Of a stretch of DNA of 64,000 nucleotides, positions 1 to 10,951 are shown in pieces. Location: assembly GCA_963793865.1 (NCBI GenBank), contig CAWCBP010000009.1, forward strand, positions 1-64,000, written 5' to 3'. Within the stretch, counting starts at the first letter, position 1. Each line of letters starts with the position of its first letter. The stretch is from an uncultured delta proteobacterium. GTDB taxonomy: Bacteria > Desulfobacterota > WTBG01. Position numbers and translations under genes: made by a program. The notes beneath the pieces are model-generated. The model worked only from the letters and a program-made list of their open reading frames with translations, made no database searches and was not told where the DNA came from.

Positions 1-248
1 ATGAGCCCGACCGAGGTGGTGCTTTTTCCCTCTCCCAGCGGGGTGGGGGTAATGGCAGTCACTTCGATATACTTTCCGTCCGGTTTTTCCTTAAGGCGGT
101 CAATAATTTTCAAAAAGTCCAGCTTGGACAGCCTGCCCATGGGGATAATTTCATCCTTCTGCAGGGAGAGCTTTTCACCCCACTGCTCGGTGGTCGGCAT
201 ATTTTTCTCGGCGGCTTCGGAAATTTGCCAGTCCTGCATCTTTGTCAC
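1..248 (-). CDS. fhs: Formate--tetrahydrofolate ligase, N-terminal part (runs off window); exact start uncertain
   Basis: Manual translation gives [17 protein letters not shown]...[24 protein letters not shown]; TAITPTPxGEGKxT is the Fhs P-loop signature. Not in the ORF track. Confidence 0.9.
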   Translation of the reverse strand, partial: MTKMQDWQISEAAEKNMPTTEQWGEKLSLQKDEIIPMGRLSKLDFLKIIDRLKEKPDGKYIEVTAITPTPLGEGKSTTSVGL

Positions 249-408
249 GTCATATGCAGGGTTACCCCCTTTGTGAAGTACTGCAATTAATTGCAATAAA
301 TTAATGCGGTTACACTAGGGATGACTAGCATAACTAATTCAATTTTGTCAAGCTCTCAATTTGCCGGGAAGCCGCTTCGCCAGCAACGCGGCAACACTCT
401 GTTTAACC

Positions 409-437
409 TTGACATCGTGCTGCATCAACTTTATAGT
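409..437 (+). promoter_or_regulatory. Sigma-70-type promoter upstream of the deacetylase gene
   Basis: TTGACA-N17-TATAGT. Confidence 0.6.
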
Positions 438-484
438 GCAGCCTGTTTCAAAGACCGTACAGACATGCGCCAGCCGCAGACACA

Positions 485-1618
485 TTGATGGTTATGAAAT
501 CAGCTTTTGTCTATTCTGAGGTGTTTTCCCAGTACGAACTGGGGCCCTTGTATCCGTTTAAGACCTCACGGGCCAAAATCGTATATGAACTCTGCCACAG
601 ATACGGGTTGCTGGACAGACCCTGGATAGAAATTGTCAAACCTGAACCGTTGTGCTTTGAAAAGCTCACCCTGTTCCACAGCGGCGAATATCTGAACCTG
701 CTGGAGGCAGCCAGTTCTAATATCTTCCGCTTTGAGATGCTGGGTTGCGGACTGGGCACTGATGAAAACCCCGTTTTTGAGGGCCTCTATGATCTCATAA
801 CCCTTGCGGCCGGCGCAACCTACCGCGGAGCCGATCTGCTCCTGCATGAAGATTATAACCTGGTACTCAACGTTTTCGGGGGATTTCACCGCGGGAGAAG
901 TCATGCAGAAGGGTTGTCTACGTTAACGATGTGGGGATTGCCATTGCATATCTTCTGCAGCACGGACTGAAGGTTGCCTACATCGATCTTGATGCCCATC
1001 ACGGAAACGGCATACAGGATGCTTTTTACAGCGATAATCGCGTATTAAAAATATCCCTCCATGAAAGCGGCAAAAGCCTCTACCCCTGGTCCGGCTTTGA
1101 ATCAGAAATCGGCGAGGGGGCCGGCACAGGCTATAATATAAATGGCCCCTCCTTCAGGGCACCGACGACGAAACCTATCTTTACGCCTTCTCTCAAATAG
1201 TGCCCCCGCTTTTGCAGGGCTTTGCACCGGATGTGACCGTGGCCATTTTCGGCGCTGACGCCCACCATGCCGATCCCCTCGTCCATCTGAACATGAGCAA
1301 TCACCCCATCTGCAAAGCGGCCCAAGCCATTGCCGATCTCTCCCCCGGGGTGCTCGCCCTGGGCGGCGGGGGCTACAACATTTACGTTTCAGCCCGCACC
1401 TGGGCACTGGTCTGGGCAATCATGAACCGGCTGACACCTGAAGATATCTTTCTTGGCGCGGTGGGAGGCATGATGTACGGCCCGGAGGCCGATCGGGGTA
1501 GCTTGCGGAGGATCCTTCCCGGATCGTTCAGGACAGCGCAAAGGAACAAGCACAAAGAGATGCAGAGCGGGTGGTGAACTACATTAAAAAGGCGGCCTTT
1601 CCCCTGGTCGGGGCTTAA
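485..1618 (+). CDS. acuC: AcuC/histone-deacetylase-family protein, broken by several frameshifts (probably sequencing errors)
   Basis: Consecutive ORFs 485-970, 931-1200 and 1200-1577 carry GGFH, YIDLDAHHGNG, SLHESG, GADAHHADPL and GGGGY motifs; the likely true stop is TAA at 1616-1618. Confidence 0.8.
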
Positions 1619-1675
1619 GGAGGCCGGGGAACGGACGGCAGCCGCACATTTTTATCAACCGGAAGGAGGAGCATT

Positions 1676-1975
1676 ATGTTATTCGCCCTGCTAGGCAAGT
1701 ATAACCCTATGATGTTAAAGACGGTGACGAACAAGGAAAACGAGATTTTTACCAACCCGCCTGAAGGCATTGAGGTTGTGGCGCGGTACTCAATGGTGGG
1801 CGAGCGGGGCGGATTTATTAACATTGTAAATACCACCAGCGCTGAATCGCTGGGCACTCTGCTCTCCGGCTGCGCCGGCCTGATACAGTTCGAGGTAATC
1901 CCGGTGGTTGATGCAGCAGGGGGAAAGGTGCTGGAAATCCTCAAAAAAGGGTTGACAGACAATTCCATCATCTGA
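1676..1975 (+). CDS. Small ferredoxin-like-fold protein, resembles DUF3303 family
   Basis: 99 aa, strong RBS (AGGAGG), PPEGIEVVARY...FEVIPV pattern. Confidence 0.5.
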   Translation: MLFALLGKYNPMMLKTVTNKENEIFTNPPEGIEVVARYSMVGERGGFINIVNTTSAESLGTLLSGCAGLIQFEVIPVVDAAGGKVLEILKKGLTDNSII

Positions 1976-2157
1976 CGCAAACGGGCACCCTGGTATTGCG
2001 TTTCAGGGAAAGGCCCCATGCGCCCGCAAAGGTTCCGCACACCGTCTGCCGATCTCCTTTTTACTTGACAACAGCCCTTCATCATACTAATGGTGCTGCA
2101 CCATTGCGGCCGGCGCATGCGTGCCGGCAGGCCCCATAAACTTGAACGGAACACCCC

Positions 2158-2919
2158 ATGAAAAGCATCGAGGCGCAGCAAGGCAACTCTGAGCAAACCC
2201 TGGTTTTGATCAAACCCGATGCGCTGCTGTATTCGCTCACCGGCTTTATTTTTGAGCGGGTGTCGGCGGTACACAATCCTGTCATCGCAGCCCTGAAGGT
2301 GGTGCGGGTCACCGAGGAGCTGGCCCGGGAGCATTACCGCAACATCCGCGGCAAGCCTTTTTACGAGGCAACGCTTCGCTATATCATGGGGGATCTGCAT
2401 TATCCGTCCCAGCCGGAGAAGAGAAGGGTGGTGGCCATTGTCTATGAAGCCGGGGATATCGTGGGCCGGATCAAGTCATACTTCGGGCCCACCAAGCCCA
2501 AAGACGCCAAGCAGCTGGCCAAGGAAAAGGGCATCATAACCCTGCGGGCCCAGCTGGGTTACATGGACTTCGACGTAGACCAGGAAACGCTCATCGACAA
2601 CGCGGTTCATGCCTCCGAGAACGCGGAGGAGGCTGAGCGGGAAATCAAGCTCTGGTTTGAGCCGGGGGATTTTCCCGAACAGCACCGGTTTTTCGACTAC
2701 GTGGAATCTGAATACCATTTCTATTGTTCCCCGCGGTCGGTCGACGGGACATACCGGCTGTTCAACAGTCGCGAGCCGGGATGCAAGGGCATCATAGCCC
2801 CCGGAACGCTGGTATGGCAATCGGACTACGAGAACCTGCTGCTCCACCGGGACAAAAAGGGGGAGGCCCCGGTTCCGCTCAACAGCATCATTGAAAAATA
2901 TGTGATTAAAACCAGATGA
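2158..2919 (+). CDS. Nucleoside-diphosphate-kinase-like protein with C-terminal extension
   Basis: TLVLIKPDA, EHY...KPFY and NAVHASEN (catalytic His) motifs; 253 aa. Confidence 0.8.
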   Translation: MKSIEAQQGNSEQTLVLIKPDALLYSLTGFIFERVSAVHNPVIAALKVVRVTEELAREHYRNIRGKPFYEATLRYIMGDLHYPSQPEKRRVVAIVYEAGDIVGRIKSYFGPTKPKDAKQLAKEKGIITLRAQLGYMDFDVDQETLIDNAVHASENAEEAEREIKLWFEPGDFPEQHRFFDYVESEYHFYCSPRSVDGTYRLFNSREPGCKGIIAPGTLVWQSDYENLLLHRDKKGEAPVPLNSIIEKYVIKTR

Positions 2920-3644
2920 TGGTCACGGCAGCCCCTCACGGTCATACCCCGATCTTTTTCATGATCAAGCCCGACGGCGTTCCCCGTGAAAGCGCCATCA
3001 TGAAAATGATAGAACCCCTGGCGTCCGTTCTCGCCCGCCGGCCCTTTGAGCCTGTTGACATGGAGCGCATTCAGCGCCTCTATGCGGTTCATAAAGACAA
3101 ATCGTTTTATCCCCGTCTGATGGAGTATTTCAGGGGAATGCCCGCAGTCGCCTACCTCTTGCGCGAGCGGCAGGATACGGTGTATCAGAACGGGTTTTAC
3201 GCAAGCTTCATTGATCTGGTGGGCGACACCGATCCGGCCAGGGCCCTGCCGGGCACCATACGGCGCTTAAGCGCGGATACGCTTGAAAAGTCCCTGGCTG
3301 AGAAAAGGGCGCTCAGGAACCTGGTCCACCGCTCAACCACCGTCGAGGAGACGCTCAATGAGGCGCCCCTGTTCTTCTGGGACCATGTCCGCGACAGCTC
3401 CACAGTAAAAGGCGCTCCCGGCGTTCTGGGGCTGTTCCTGTCCCGGGCGGGAGAGGGAATTTTCTTCGAGGACCGGGTCCAAAGCGGGCTGAGGCGATAC
3501 AATCTGCTGTCCGCAGATGAAGAGCTGGTGTACTATCAGGATTACCGGGGCGGGGAAGGTGATCCCCTGGAACAGGGAAGGGCGCTGGCGGAAACCCGGG
3601 TGCAGGGCAGGCGGGTGATAAAGGACCTGACCCCTCCTTCATGA
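2916..3644 (+). CDS. Second nucleoside-diphosphate-kinase-like protein with C-terminal extension
   Basis: FFMIKPDG, VGDTDP..A.PGTIR and RNLVHRS motifs; ATGA overlap with the previous gene. Confidence 0.75.
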   Translation: MMVTAAPHGHTPIFFMIKPDGVPRESAIMKMIEPLASVLARRPFEPVDMERIQRLYAVHKDKSFYPRLMEYFRGMPAVAYLLRERQDTVYQNGFYASFIDLVGDTDPARALPGTIRRLSADTLEKSLAEKRALRNLVHRSTTVEETLNEAPLFFWDHVRDSSTVKGAPGVLGLFLSRAGEGIFFEDRVQSGLRRYNLLSADEELVYYQDYRGGEGDPLEQGRALAETRVQGRRVIKDLTPPS

Positions 3645-3705
3645 GCAAGCGCTAAAAGTATCCGGGAGGATATGATGACGATCCGGTGGAGCTCAAAAAA
3701 AGACC

Positions 3706-5514
3706 ATGAATAAAAACATGCCCGAACAAGCCTTAGCCGTAACAGATACCACCTTTCGAGATGCCCATCAGTCATCGCTGGCAACGCGCATGCATCCTGA
3801 TGACATGCTCCCCATGGCGGAAAAGATGGACGAGGTCGGGTTTCATTCCCTGGAGGTGTGGGGCGGCGCCACCTTTGATGTGGCCACCAGGTTTTTGAAT
3901 GTGGATCCCTGGCAATGGCTTAAAACCTTAAAAAAGCATATCACCAGAACACCGCTGCAAATGCTGCTGCGCGGGCAAAACCTGGTCGGGTATCGCCACT
4001 ATTCCGATGACGTGGTGCGGGCCTTTGTCCACCGTGCCGCAGAGTGCGGCATGGATATATTTCGCGTCTTTGATGCGTTGAACGACGAAAGGAACTTTGA
4101 ACAATCCTTCAATGCCATACGGGAGTGCGGAAAACACATTCAGGGGACCATCTGTTACTCTCTGACCGGGAGAAGACTGGGCGGACCTGTTTTTACCATC
4201 GATTATTTTGTGAAAAAAGCAGTGACGCTTGAAACCATGGGCGCCCACTCTCTCTGCATCAAAGATATGGCCGGCCTGATGTCACCCTTTGATGCATTCG
4301 ACCTGGTATCAGCCCTTAAAAAAGCGGTTTCCATTCCCATTCAGCTTCATTCCCACTACACCAGCGGCATGGCCTCCATGACCTATCTCAAGGCAATAGA
4401 GGCCGGCATAGATGTCGTCGACACGGCCCTTGCGCCTCTTGCGCTCAGGTCTTCCCAGCCGGCAATCGAGCCGCTGGTGGTCACGCTGCAGGATACTCCC
4501 CGGGATACGGGTTTCAACCTGTCGCTGCTTGCCGAGCTGGGCAGATACCTTGAATCCATCCTGCCCAAGTATAGCGATTTCATTAACAATACTAAAATGT
4601 CCATCATCGACGCGAGCGTCCTGCTTCACCAGATACCGGGAGGCATGCTTTCCAATCTGGTAAGCCAGCTCAAAGAAGCAAACGCCCTGCACCGGATTGA
4701 TGAGGTCTATGATGAGTTGCCCCGGACACGCAAGGACCTGGGTTATCCTCCGCTGGTAACCCCCACCAGCCAGATAGTCGGAACGCAAGCGGTACAGAAC
4801 GTGCTTTTTGGCAGGTATCAAATGGTCTCTTCCCAGGTGAAAGATTATGCCTATGGTCTCTATGGGCGCCCACCCGTGCCTATGGATGCCGCCGTACAGA
4901 GCAAGTGCCTCAAGGGTTATGCGCGAGGGGAAACACCGATTGATTGCAGGCCGGCAGACATCCTCGCTCCGGAGCTGGAAAAAGCCCGTGAAGAGGTAAA
5001 AGACCTTGCCCGGGACGACGGGGACCTTCTGATTTATGCCCTCTATCCCACCACCGGCAAACGTTTCCTCAGATGGAAATACGGTCTGGAACCTGTGCCA
5101 GAATCGATTAAGCCGACAACCACGGATAACACAGAAAAACGAAATAGAATGACCGCCGCGTCACATGAAGGCGCGGCGGCTCAAACAATGGTGGCGAAGC
5201 CGCCTCAAACCGGTCCGGCATTAAACAGGGCGGATGCGCCTGCAGAAGCAAAAAGCGTCTCCGGTACGGCAAGTGCATCCCCCGAACCGGGGGACGTGGT
5301 CATTACCGCGCCGATGCCGGGTATCGTCATTGCCTACAAGGTAGCCGAGGGTGAAAAGATCAAGTCCGGCGATGTGGTGGTCATACTTGAGGCAATGAAA
5401 ATGGAGAATGAACTCGGCTCTCCCGCCGATGGCACCGTGAAAAAAATAATTTGTAAAACAGGCGCTTCGGTAAAAAAGGACGATCTGCTCTGTATTATCA
5501 CCACGAAATCCTAG
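3706..5514 (+). CDS. Pyruvate carboxylase subunit B / oxaloacetate decarboxylase alpha-type carboxyltransferase with biotin carrier
   Basis: FRDAHQS, EVWGGATFD, IKDMAG, LVTPTSQ motifs and C-terminal EAMKM biotinylation site. Confidence 0.92.
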   Translation: MNKNMPEQALAVTDTTFRDAHQSSLATRMHPDDMLPMAEKMDEVGFHSLEVWGGATFDVATRFLNVDPWQWLKTLKKHITRTPLQMLLRGQNLVGYRHYSDDVVRAFVHRAAECGMDIFRVFDALNDERNFEQSFNAIRECGKHIQGTICYSLTGRRLGGPVFTIDYFVKKAVTLETMGAHSLCIKDMAGLMSPFDAFDLVSALKKAVSIPIQLHSHYTSGMASMTYLKAIEAGIDVVDTALAPLALRSSQPAIEPLVVTLQDTPRDTGFNLSLLAELGRYLESILPKYSDFINNTKMSIIDASVLLHQIPGGMLSNLVSQLKEANALHRIDEVYDELPRTRKDLGYPPLVTPTSQIVGTQAVQNVLFGRYQMVSSQVKDYAYGLYGRPPVPMDAAVQSKCLKGYARGETPIDCRPADILAPELEKAREEVKDLARDDGDLLIYALYPTTGKRFLRWKYGLEPVPESIKPTTTDNTEKRNRMTAASHEGAAAQTMVAKPPQTGPALNRADAPAEAKSVSGTASASPEPGDVVITAPMPGIVIAYKVAEGEKIKSGDVVVILEAMKMENELGSPADGTVKKIICKTGASVKKDDLLCIITTKS

Positions 5515-5730
5515 CCCATTCCGAGGAAACGCAGGTTTCATGAAATGTGGTTTGAGTAACAGGTGTGCATCCGCGTCCTCCTGGCTCCCTTGTAATGCCG
5601 TCTTTGTCAACCCATTGTTTGTACTCATAAATCTTGTGATGCCATGCCGGCATTAAAATTTTCTTGACAAATTTCAGGCTCACGTATATGCATGAATGAT
5701 TGTTCACTCATTTTAATAATGTGAAGGAGG

Positions 5731-7708
5731 TTGGTTATGGCAGCAGAAAGTAAAACAATATCTTCAGTCAGTTTGGAAGGAAGGGTCTTCAAGGTTCCGG
5801 AGGCGCTTAAGAAAACGGCCTATATCAAAGGCGTTGAAGAGTACAACAAAATCTATAAGCGGTCGATCGATGATCCCGACGGGTTCTGGGCGGAGTGCGC
5901 AGAGCAGCTGCACTGGTACAAGAAATGGGACAAGGTGGAGAGCAGCGACTTTAAAAATGCCAAAATAGAGTGGTTCAGGGGCGGAAAGCTCAACGTGTCG
6001 GACAACTGCCTGGACCGGAATCTGGCAACCCGGAAGAACAAGCCCGCTCTGATATGGGAAGGGGAGCCTGAGGGTGAAAGTAAAACTTTTACCTATCAGC
6101 AGCTGCATGATGAGGTGTGCAAGTTCGCCAATGTTTTAAAAAAGAAAGGGGTTAAAAAGGGAGACCGGGTATCCATCTACCTGCCCATGATACCGGAGCT
6201 GGCCATCGCCATGCTCGCCTGCACCCGCATCGGGGCCATCCACAGCATAGTCTTCGGCGGATTCAGCGCTGAGGCCCTTCGTGACCGCATTCAGGACTGT
6301 GGCTCAACCGTGGTGATTACATCCGACGGAAGCTACCGTTCCGGCAAGGTTATTGATCTTAAGAAAAGCGCGGACAAGGCCGTTGAAGAATGCCCGACCG
6401 TCAAGACCTGCTTCGTCTGCAAGCGCACCGGCAGCCCGGTTTCCATGAAGGACGGCAGGGACTTCTGGTGGCACGAAGAGATGGGCGCGCCCGGCATCAG
6501 CACCGAGTGTGAGCCGGCGCAGATGGACGCCGAGGATCCCCTCTTCATCCTCTATACCAGCGGCAGCACCGGGAAGCCCAAGGGTGTTTTGCACACCACC
6601 GGCGGTTACACGGTGTACGTCTACCAGACCTTCAAATGGATCTTCGATTACAAGGAGGAAGACGTCTTCTGGTGCACGGCAGACATCGGCTGGATTACCG
6701 GCCACAGCTATATCGTTTACGGGCCGTTCTTAAACGGCGCCACCAGCATCATGTTTGAAGGCGTGCCCAGCTATCCCAAGTACGACCGGTTCTGGCAAAT
6801 CATCGAAAAATACAAGGTCAACCAGTTCTACACCGCCCCCACCGCCATCCGGGCCATCGCCAAGGAAGGCGATGAGTGGGTGAAAGGCAAGGACTTAAGC
6901 AGCCTGCGCATTCTGGGAACGGTGGGCGAACCCATCAATCCGGAAGCCTGGATGTGGTACTACAACATGATCGGCGGCGGGCGCTGCCCCATCGTCGACA
7001 CCTGGTGGCAGACGGAAACCGGAGGCATACTCATTACCCCGCTTGCCGGGGCCATTGACGTGAAGCCGGGATCCGCCGGAAGACCCTTTCCCGGGGTAAA
7101 GCCGATAGTGGTCAGGGAGGATGGAACACCTGCCGGGGTTAATGAAGGCGGTTATCTCTGTATCGAACGGCCGTGGCCGGGCATGATGCGGGGCGTGTAC
7201 GGTGATCCGGACCGTTTCAGAGATACATACTTTATCCAGTTTCCGGGCAAATATTACACCGGCGACGGCGCCAGGCTTGACAAGGACGGCGACTACTGGC
7301 TGATGGGACGGCTTGATGATGTCATCAACGTGTCGGGCCATCGCATGGGGACGGCGGAGGTGGAAAGCGCGCTGGTGTCCCATGCGTCCGTTGCGGAAGC
7401 GGCGGTGGTGGGGATTCCCCCACAACATTAAGGGGCAGGGCATCTACGCCTTTGTGACCGTCAACAGCGGTGTCGAGAAGACCGATCAGCTGAAAAAGGA
7501 CCTGGTAAACCACGTGCGCAAGGAGATCGGTCCCATCGCCACGCCGGACAAGATTCACTTCGCTGACGGGCTGCCCAAAACGCGCAGCGGAAAGATCATG
7601 AGAAGAATCCTGAAGAAGATCGCGGCCGGCGAGGTTGACGATCTCGGAGACATCACGACGCTTGCAGAACCCAAGGTTGTCGATGATCTGGTCAAGGGAA
7701 GACAATAG
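5731..7708 (+). CDS. acs: Acetyl-CoA synthetase (AMP-forming); +1 frameshift in a C-run near 7417-7421
   Basis: [11 protein letters not shown] and [11 protein letters not shown]-terminal [11 protein letters not shown] lies in the adjacent frame. Confidence 0.93.
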
Positions 7709-7763
7709 CGGAAGTAGCTGCTAAAGCTTTTCCCATGCTACCTCAAGGGAGGAGGTCTTTTGT

Positions 7764-9059
7764 ATGTCAGCAAGTGAAGTTAAAAACAGAGGGTGGACGG
7801 TTACCTTCGCAGGTATGGGAATCAACCTGGCGCTGGGCATCCTTTACACCTGGTCCATCTTCAAGGGCGCCATCAAAGAATCCATCGAGAAGGGCGGCGA
7901 CGGCGCATTTAATTGGGATCTTGCTTCTCTCAACGATCCGTACGCGGTGTGCTGCATTGTCTTTGCCTTTTCAATGATTCTTGCCGGCAGGTGCCAGGAC
8001 AAGCTGGGACCGCGAATCACCGCCCTCCTGGGCGGTATACTGGTGGGCATCGGCTTTACCTGGATATCCACCACAACCAGCTATGCGGCATGGGTGCTGG
8101 GATTCGGCGTGCTTGCTGGTACCGGCATCGGGTTCGGCTATTCGTCTGCCACCCCGCCCGCCCTCAAGTGGTTTCCCCCAGCCAAGACCGGCCTCATCGC
8201 GGGTCTGGTTGTTTCGGGTTTCGGTCTGGCCTCGCTATACATTGCGCCCCTTTCAAAATACCTGGTGGGCGTCTGGGGTCTGCAGAAGGCCATGCTCTTT
8301 TTCGGCCTGTCATTCCTGGTAGCGGTCTGCGGGCTGTCGCTGCTGCTGATCAACCCACCCAAGGGCTACGCCCCGCAGCAGGCCACTGCGCCGGGCAAGG
8401 ACGCCAAGGCAAAGCCGGCCGCAGCGCAGCACGATAAAAGCGCTTCCGAGATGATGGCGACCGTCATCTTCTGGAAATTGTGGTTCATTTATTTCATCGG
8501 GGCGGGGGCGGGTCTCATGGTAATCAGCAGCGTGGCGGACATGGCAAAGGCGAGCATGGGTGAGGCTGCGTTCGTGGCCGTTGCCATCATGGCCGTCGGC
8601 AATGCCGGCGGGCGCATTATCGCCGGCGTGCTTTCCGACAAGATCGGCAGAAACACAACCCTGATCATCATGCTGCTCTTTCAGTCGCTGCTCATGTTTG
8701 CTTGCATCACGGTCATGGGATCAGCCAGCGCCAACTCCATTATCCTGGTGCTGCTGGCAACCTTCATCGGCTTTAATTACGGGACAAACCTTTCGCTGTT
8801 TCCGTCCATAACCAAGGATCTCTGGGGCATGAAAAACTTCGGCCTCAATTATGGCATTGTCTTTACCGCATGGGGCGTCGGCGGCTTCGTGATGAGCCGC
8901 ATATACCAGATGCTCAAGACAAGCACGGGATCATCTACTTCGCCCTTCATTCTTGCCGGCGTCCTGCTTATACTGGGCGCCGTCATTACCGTTACCCTGA
9001 GAAGGGCGGAAAAAAACCAATCAGCGGTGAAACCGGGGGGATTAAAGCAGGCTGCCTAG
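7764..9059 (+). CDS. MFS transporter, oxalate/formate antiporter (OFA) family
   Basis: About 12 hydrophobic segments; QDKLGPR, KWFP and SDKIGR motifs. Confidence 0.8.
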   Translation: MSASEVKNRGWTVTFAGMGINLALGILYTWSIFKGAIKESIEKGGDGAFNWDLASLNDPYAVCCIVFAFSMILAGRCQDKLGPRITALLGGILVGIGFTWISTTTSYAAWVLGFGVLAGTGIGFGYSSATPPALKWFPPAKTGLIAGLVVSGFGLASLYIAPLSKYLVGVWGLQKAMLFFGLSFLVAVCGLSLLLINPPKGYAPQQATAPGKDAKAKPAAAQHDKSASEMMATVIFWKLWFIYFIGAGAGLMVISSVADMAKASMGEAAFVAVAIMAVGNAGGRIIAGVLSDKIGRNTTLIIMLLFQSLLMFACITVMGSASANSIILVLLATFIGFNYGTNLSLFPSITKDLWGMKNFGLNYGIVFTAWGVGGFVMSRIYQMLKTSTGSSTSPFILAGVLLILGAVITVTLRRAEKNQSAVKPGGLKQAA

Positions 9060-9188
9060 GTCCCTGCTGACTGCTGCGGTTGCAAAATATCCTGTTGTGT
9101 TCAGATGCACAACAGGATATTTTTTTGCAGAGACCAATTATTTCACGAACATCCGGGAGACGCTCTTGGAAAAATCTTCCTCCCCCGC

Positions 9189-9746
9189 TCACACCCTCTC
9201 CACATACGTTCCCGTCCGGGTGTCAACCTTGACCGCGTCGCCCTGGTTTAAAAAGAGCGGAACCTGGATGATTGCGCCTGTCTCCAGGGTGGCCGGCTTG
9301 CTTCCGCCTGACACCGTGTCACCACGCGCACCCGGTTCCGTCTGGACAATGGTCAGCTCAACAAAGGTGGGAAGGTCGACCGCAATGGGAACACCCTTAT
9401 GCAGCAGCACGGAAATGGTGGCGTTTTCTTTTATAAAAGCCTTATGAGCGCCCAGATGCTCCTCGGTCAGGAAGGTTTGTTCGTAGTTTTCCTTGTCCAT
9501 AAAGCAATACTGGTCTCCGGAGCCGTATAAAAACTGCATTTTTTTCTCTTCCAGGTCAGGCCTGCCCAGCTTTTCACCCGATCTAAAGGTTCGCTCAATA
9601 ACGTTTCCTTTTGAAAGACTCTTGAGTTTGGTTCGTATGAATGCGCGCCAGTTGCCGGGATTGACGTGCTGAAAATCAACCACCATATACACGTCTCCCT
9701 CCAGTTCGATCTTTAAGCCTCTCCTGATTTCTGAAGTCTCGTACAT
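9189..9746 (-). CDS. efp: Elongation factor P
   Basis: KPATLETG...VPLF...[12 protein letters not shown]; loop reads [10 protein letters not shown]. Confidence 0.95.
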   Translation of the reverse strand: MYETSEIRRGLKIELEGDVYMVVDFQHVNPGNWRAFIRTKLKSLSKGNVIERTFRSGEKLGRPDLEEKKMQFLYGSGDQYCFMDKENYEQTFLTEEHLGAHKAFIKENATISVLLHKGVPIAVDLPTFVELTIVQTEPGARGDTVSGGSKPATLETGAIIQVPLFLNQGDAVKVDTRTGTYVERV

Positions 9747-9765
9747 GCCCTTTCTCCTTTAAGCC

Positions 9766-10827
9766 TTATATGGACAACAATTCCTTGCTTACCGAGCTGA
9801 GCAGCTCACATCCGTCGTCTGTTACCCGGACCAGATCCTCTATTCGCACACCTCCCCAGCCGGGGATATATACGCCGGGCTCAACCGTAAAAACCATGTC
9901 TTCTTCGATGACGGTATCCTGTTTCGGCGCGATGCGCGGTTCCTCATGAACGGCAAGCCCCACCCCGTGTCCGGTTCCGTGCCTGAAATATTTTCCCAGT
10001 CCCGCTTTTTCCACCACCCCGCGGGCAACCGCGTCAATCCTGCCCGCGGTAACACCTTTTTTTATTGAGCTGATGGCCTTATCGTGTGCATCCTTGACCG
10101 CCTGATAGACCCTCTTCTGTCTACTCCCCGGCCTGCCCAAAACGACCGTGCATGTCTCGTCCGAGCAGTAGCCCCGGTAGACCGATCCAAAATCCACCGT
10201 AACAAAATCGCCTCTCTCTATTTTTTTAGGTGACGCCAGACCGTGCGGTAACGCTCCTCTCAAACCGGATGCCACGATAATCGGAAAGGAAATGTTTTCA
10301 GCGCCCTTTTTCCTCATGGTAAACTCCAATTGCAGCGCCACCTCGTCTTCCCTTAATCCGGACCGAATGCCTTCCATTACTTCTAAAAAGGAACTGGATG
10401 AAATTTGTGCGGCCTTCCTTATACATTCCAGCTCGGCCGCATCTTTTTTCGCCCGCACGCCCTCCATGCCCTCAGGTAATTCCACCATTGTAAAAACATC
10501 TTTCGCATCAAAAGCTTTTTTCTGTGAAACACTGAATTTTTGCGGATCAAACCCCACTTTTTTAAAACCTGATTCCAGTATAGACTGTATAACCCCATCC
10601 GTTTTTCTTGCACATTCAACCGTCTTTATGTTCCTGCATTCATTTCGCGCCTGCTCGGTATAGCGTGAATCGACAAAGAGGAGGCCTTCCTTCCTGCTGA
10701 GAAGAAACAGGGATTCACTTCCGGTGAATCCTGTCAGATACCGTATTAATTCCGGTGAATTTATAACAATTGCATCGACGCCGGCCGCCTTTATTGCCTT
10801 CCAGAAGCGAATTACCCTTTTTTTCAT
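9766..10827 (-). CDS. Xaa-Pro aminopeptidase (M24 family)
   Basis: [20 protein letters not shown] and GGVRIED motifs. Confidence 0.9.
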   Translation of the reverse strand: MKKRVIRFWKAIKAAGVDAIVINSPELIRYLTGFTGSESLFLLSRKEGLLFVDSRYTEQARNECRNIKTVECARKTDGVIQSILESGFKKVGFDPQKFSVSQKKAFDAKDVFTMVELPEGMEGVRAKKDAAELECIRKAAQISSSSFLEVMEGIRSGLREDEVALQLEFTMRKKGAENISFPIIVASGLRGALPHGLASPKKIERGDFVTVDFGSVYRGYCSDETCTVVLGRPGSRQKRVYQAVKDAHDKAISSIKKGVTAGRIDAVARGVVEKAGLGKYFRHGTGHGVGLAVHEEPRIAPKQDTVIEEDMVFTVEPGVYIPGWGGVRIEDLVRVTDDGCELLSSVSKELLSI

Positions 10828-10951
10828 GGATGGTGTGTCGGTAATGGTAACTATAGAGTGCTTGCAGCAGTGTGATGCGAAGAGAATGTGTAAGCAGGAA
10901 AGAAGGATTTTTTATTTCCCACCGGCTTATATAAATGTGGTGCGGTAATCA

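Noticed and set aside
245..275. Non-canonical start for fhs (RBS-like AGGGGG, then CCT GCA TAT GAC with no ATG)
   Set aside because: Could be another base-call error or use of the downstream GTG/ATG; cannot be resolved from this sequence.
1..276. 91-aa plus-strand ORF in the track
   Set aside because: The real gene is fhs on the minus strand.
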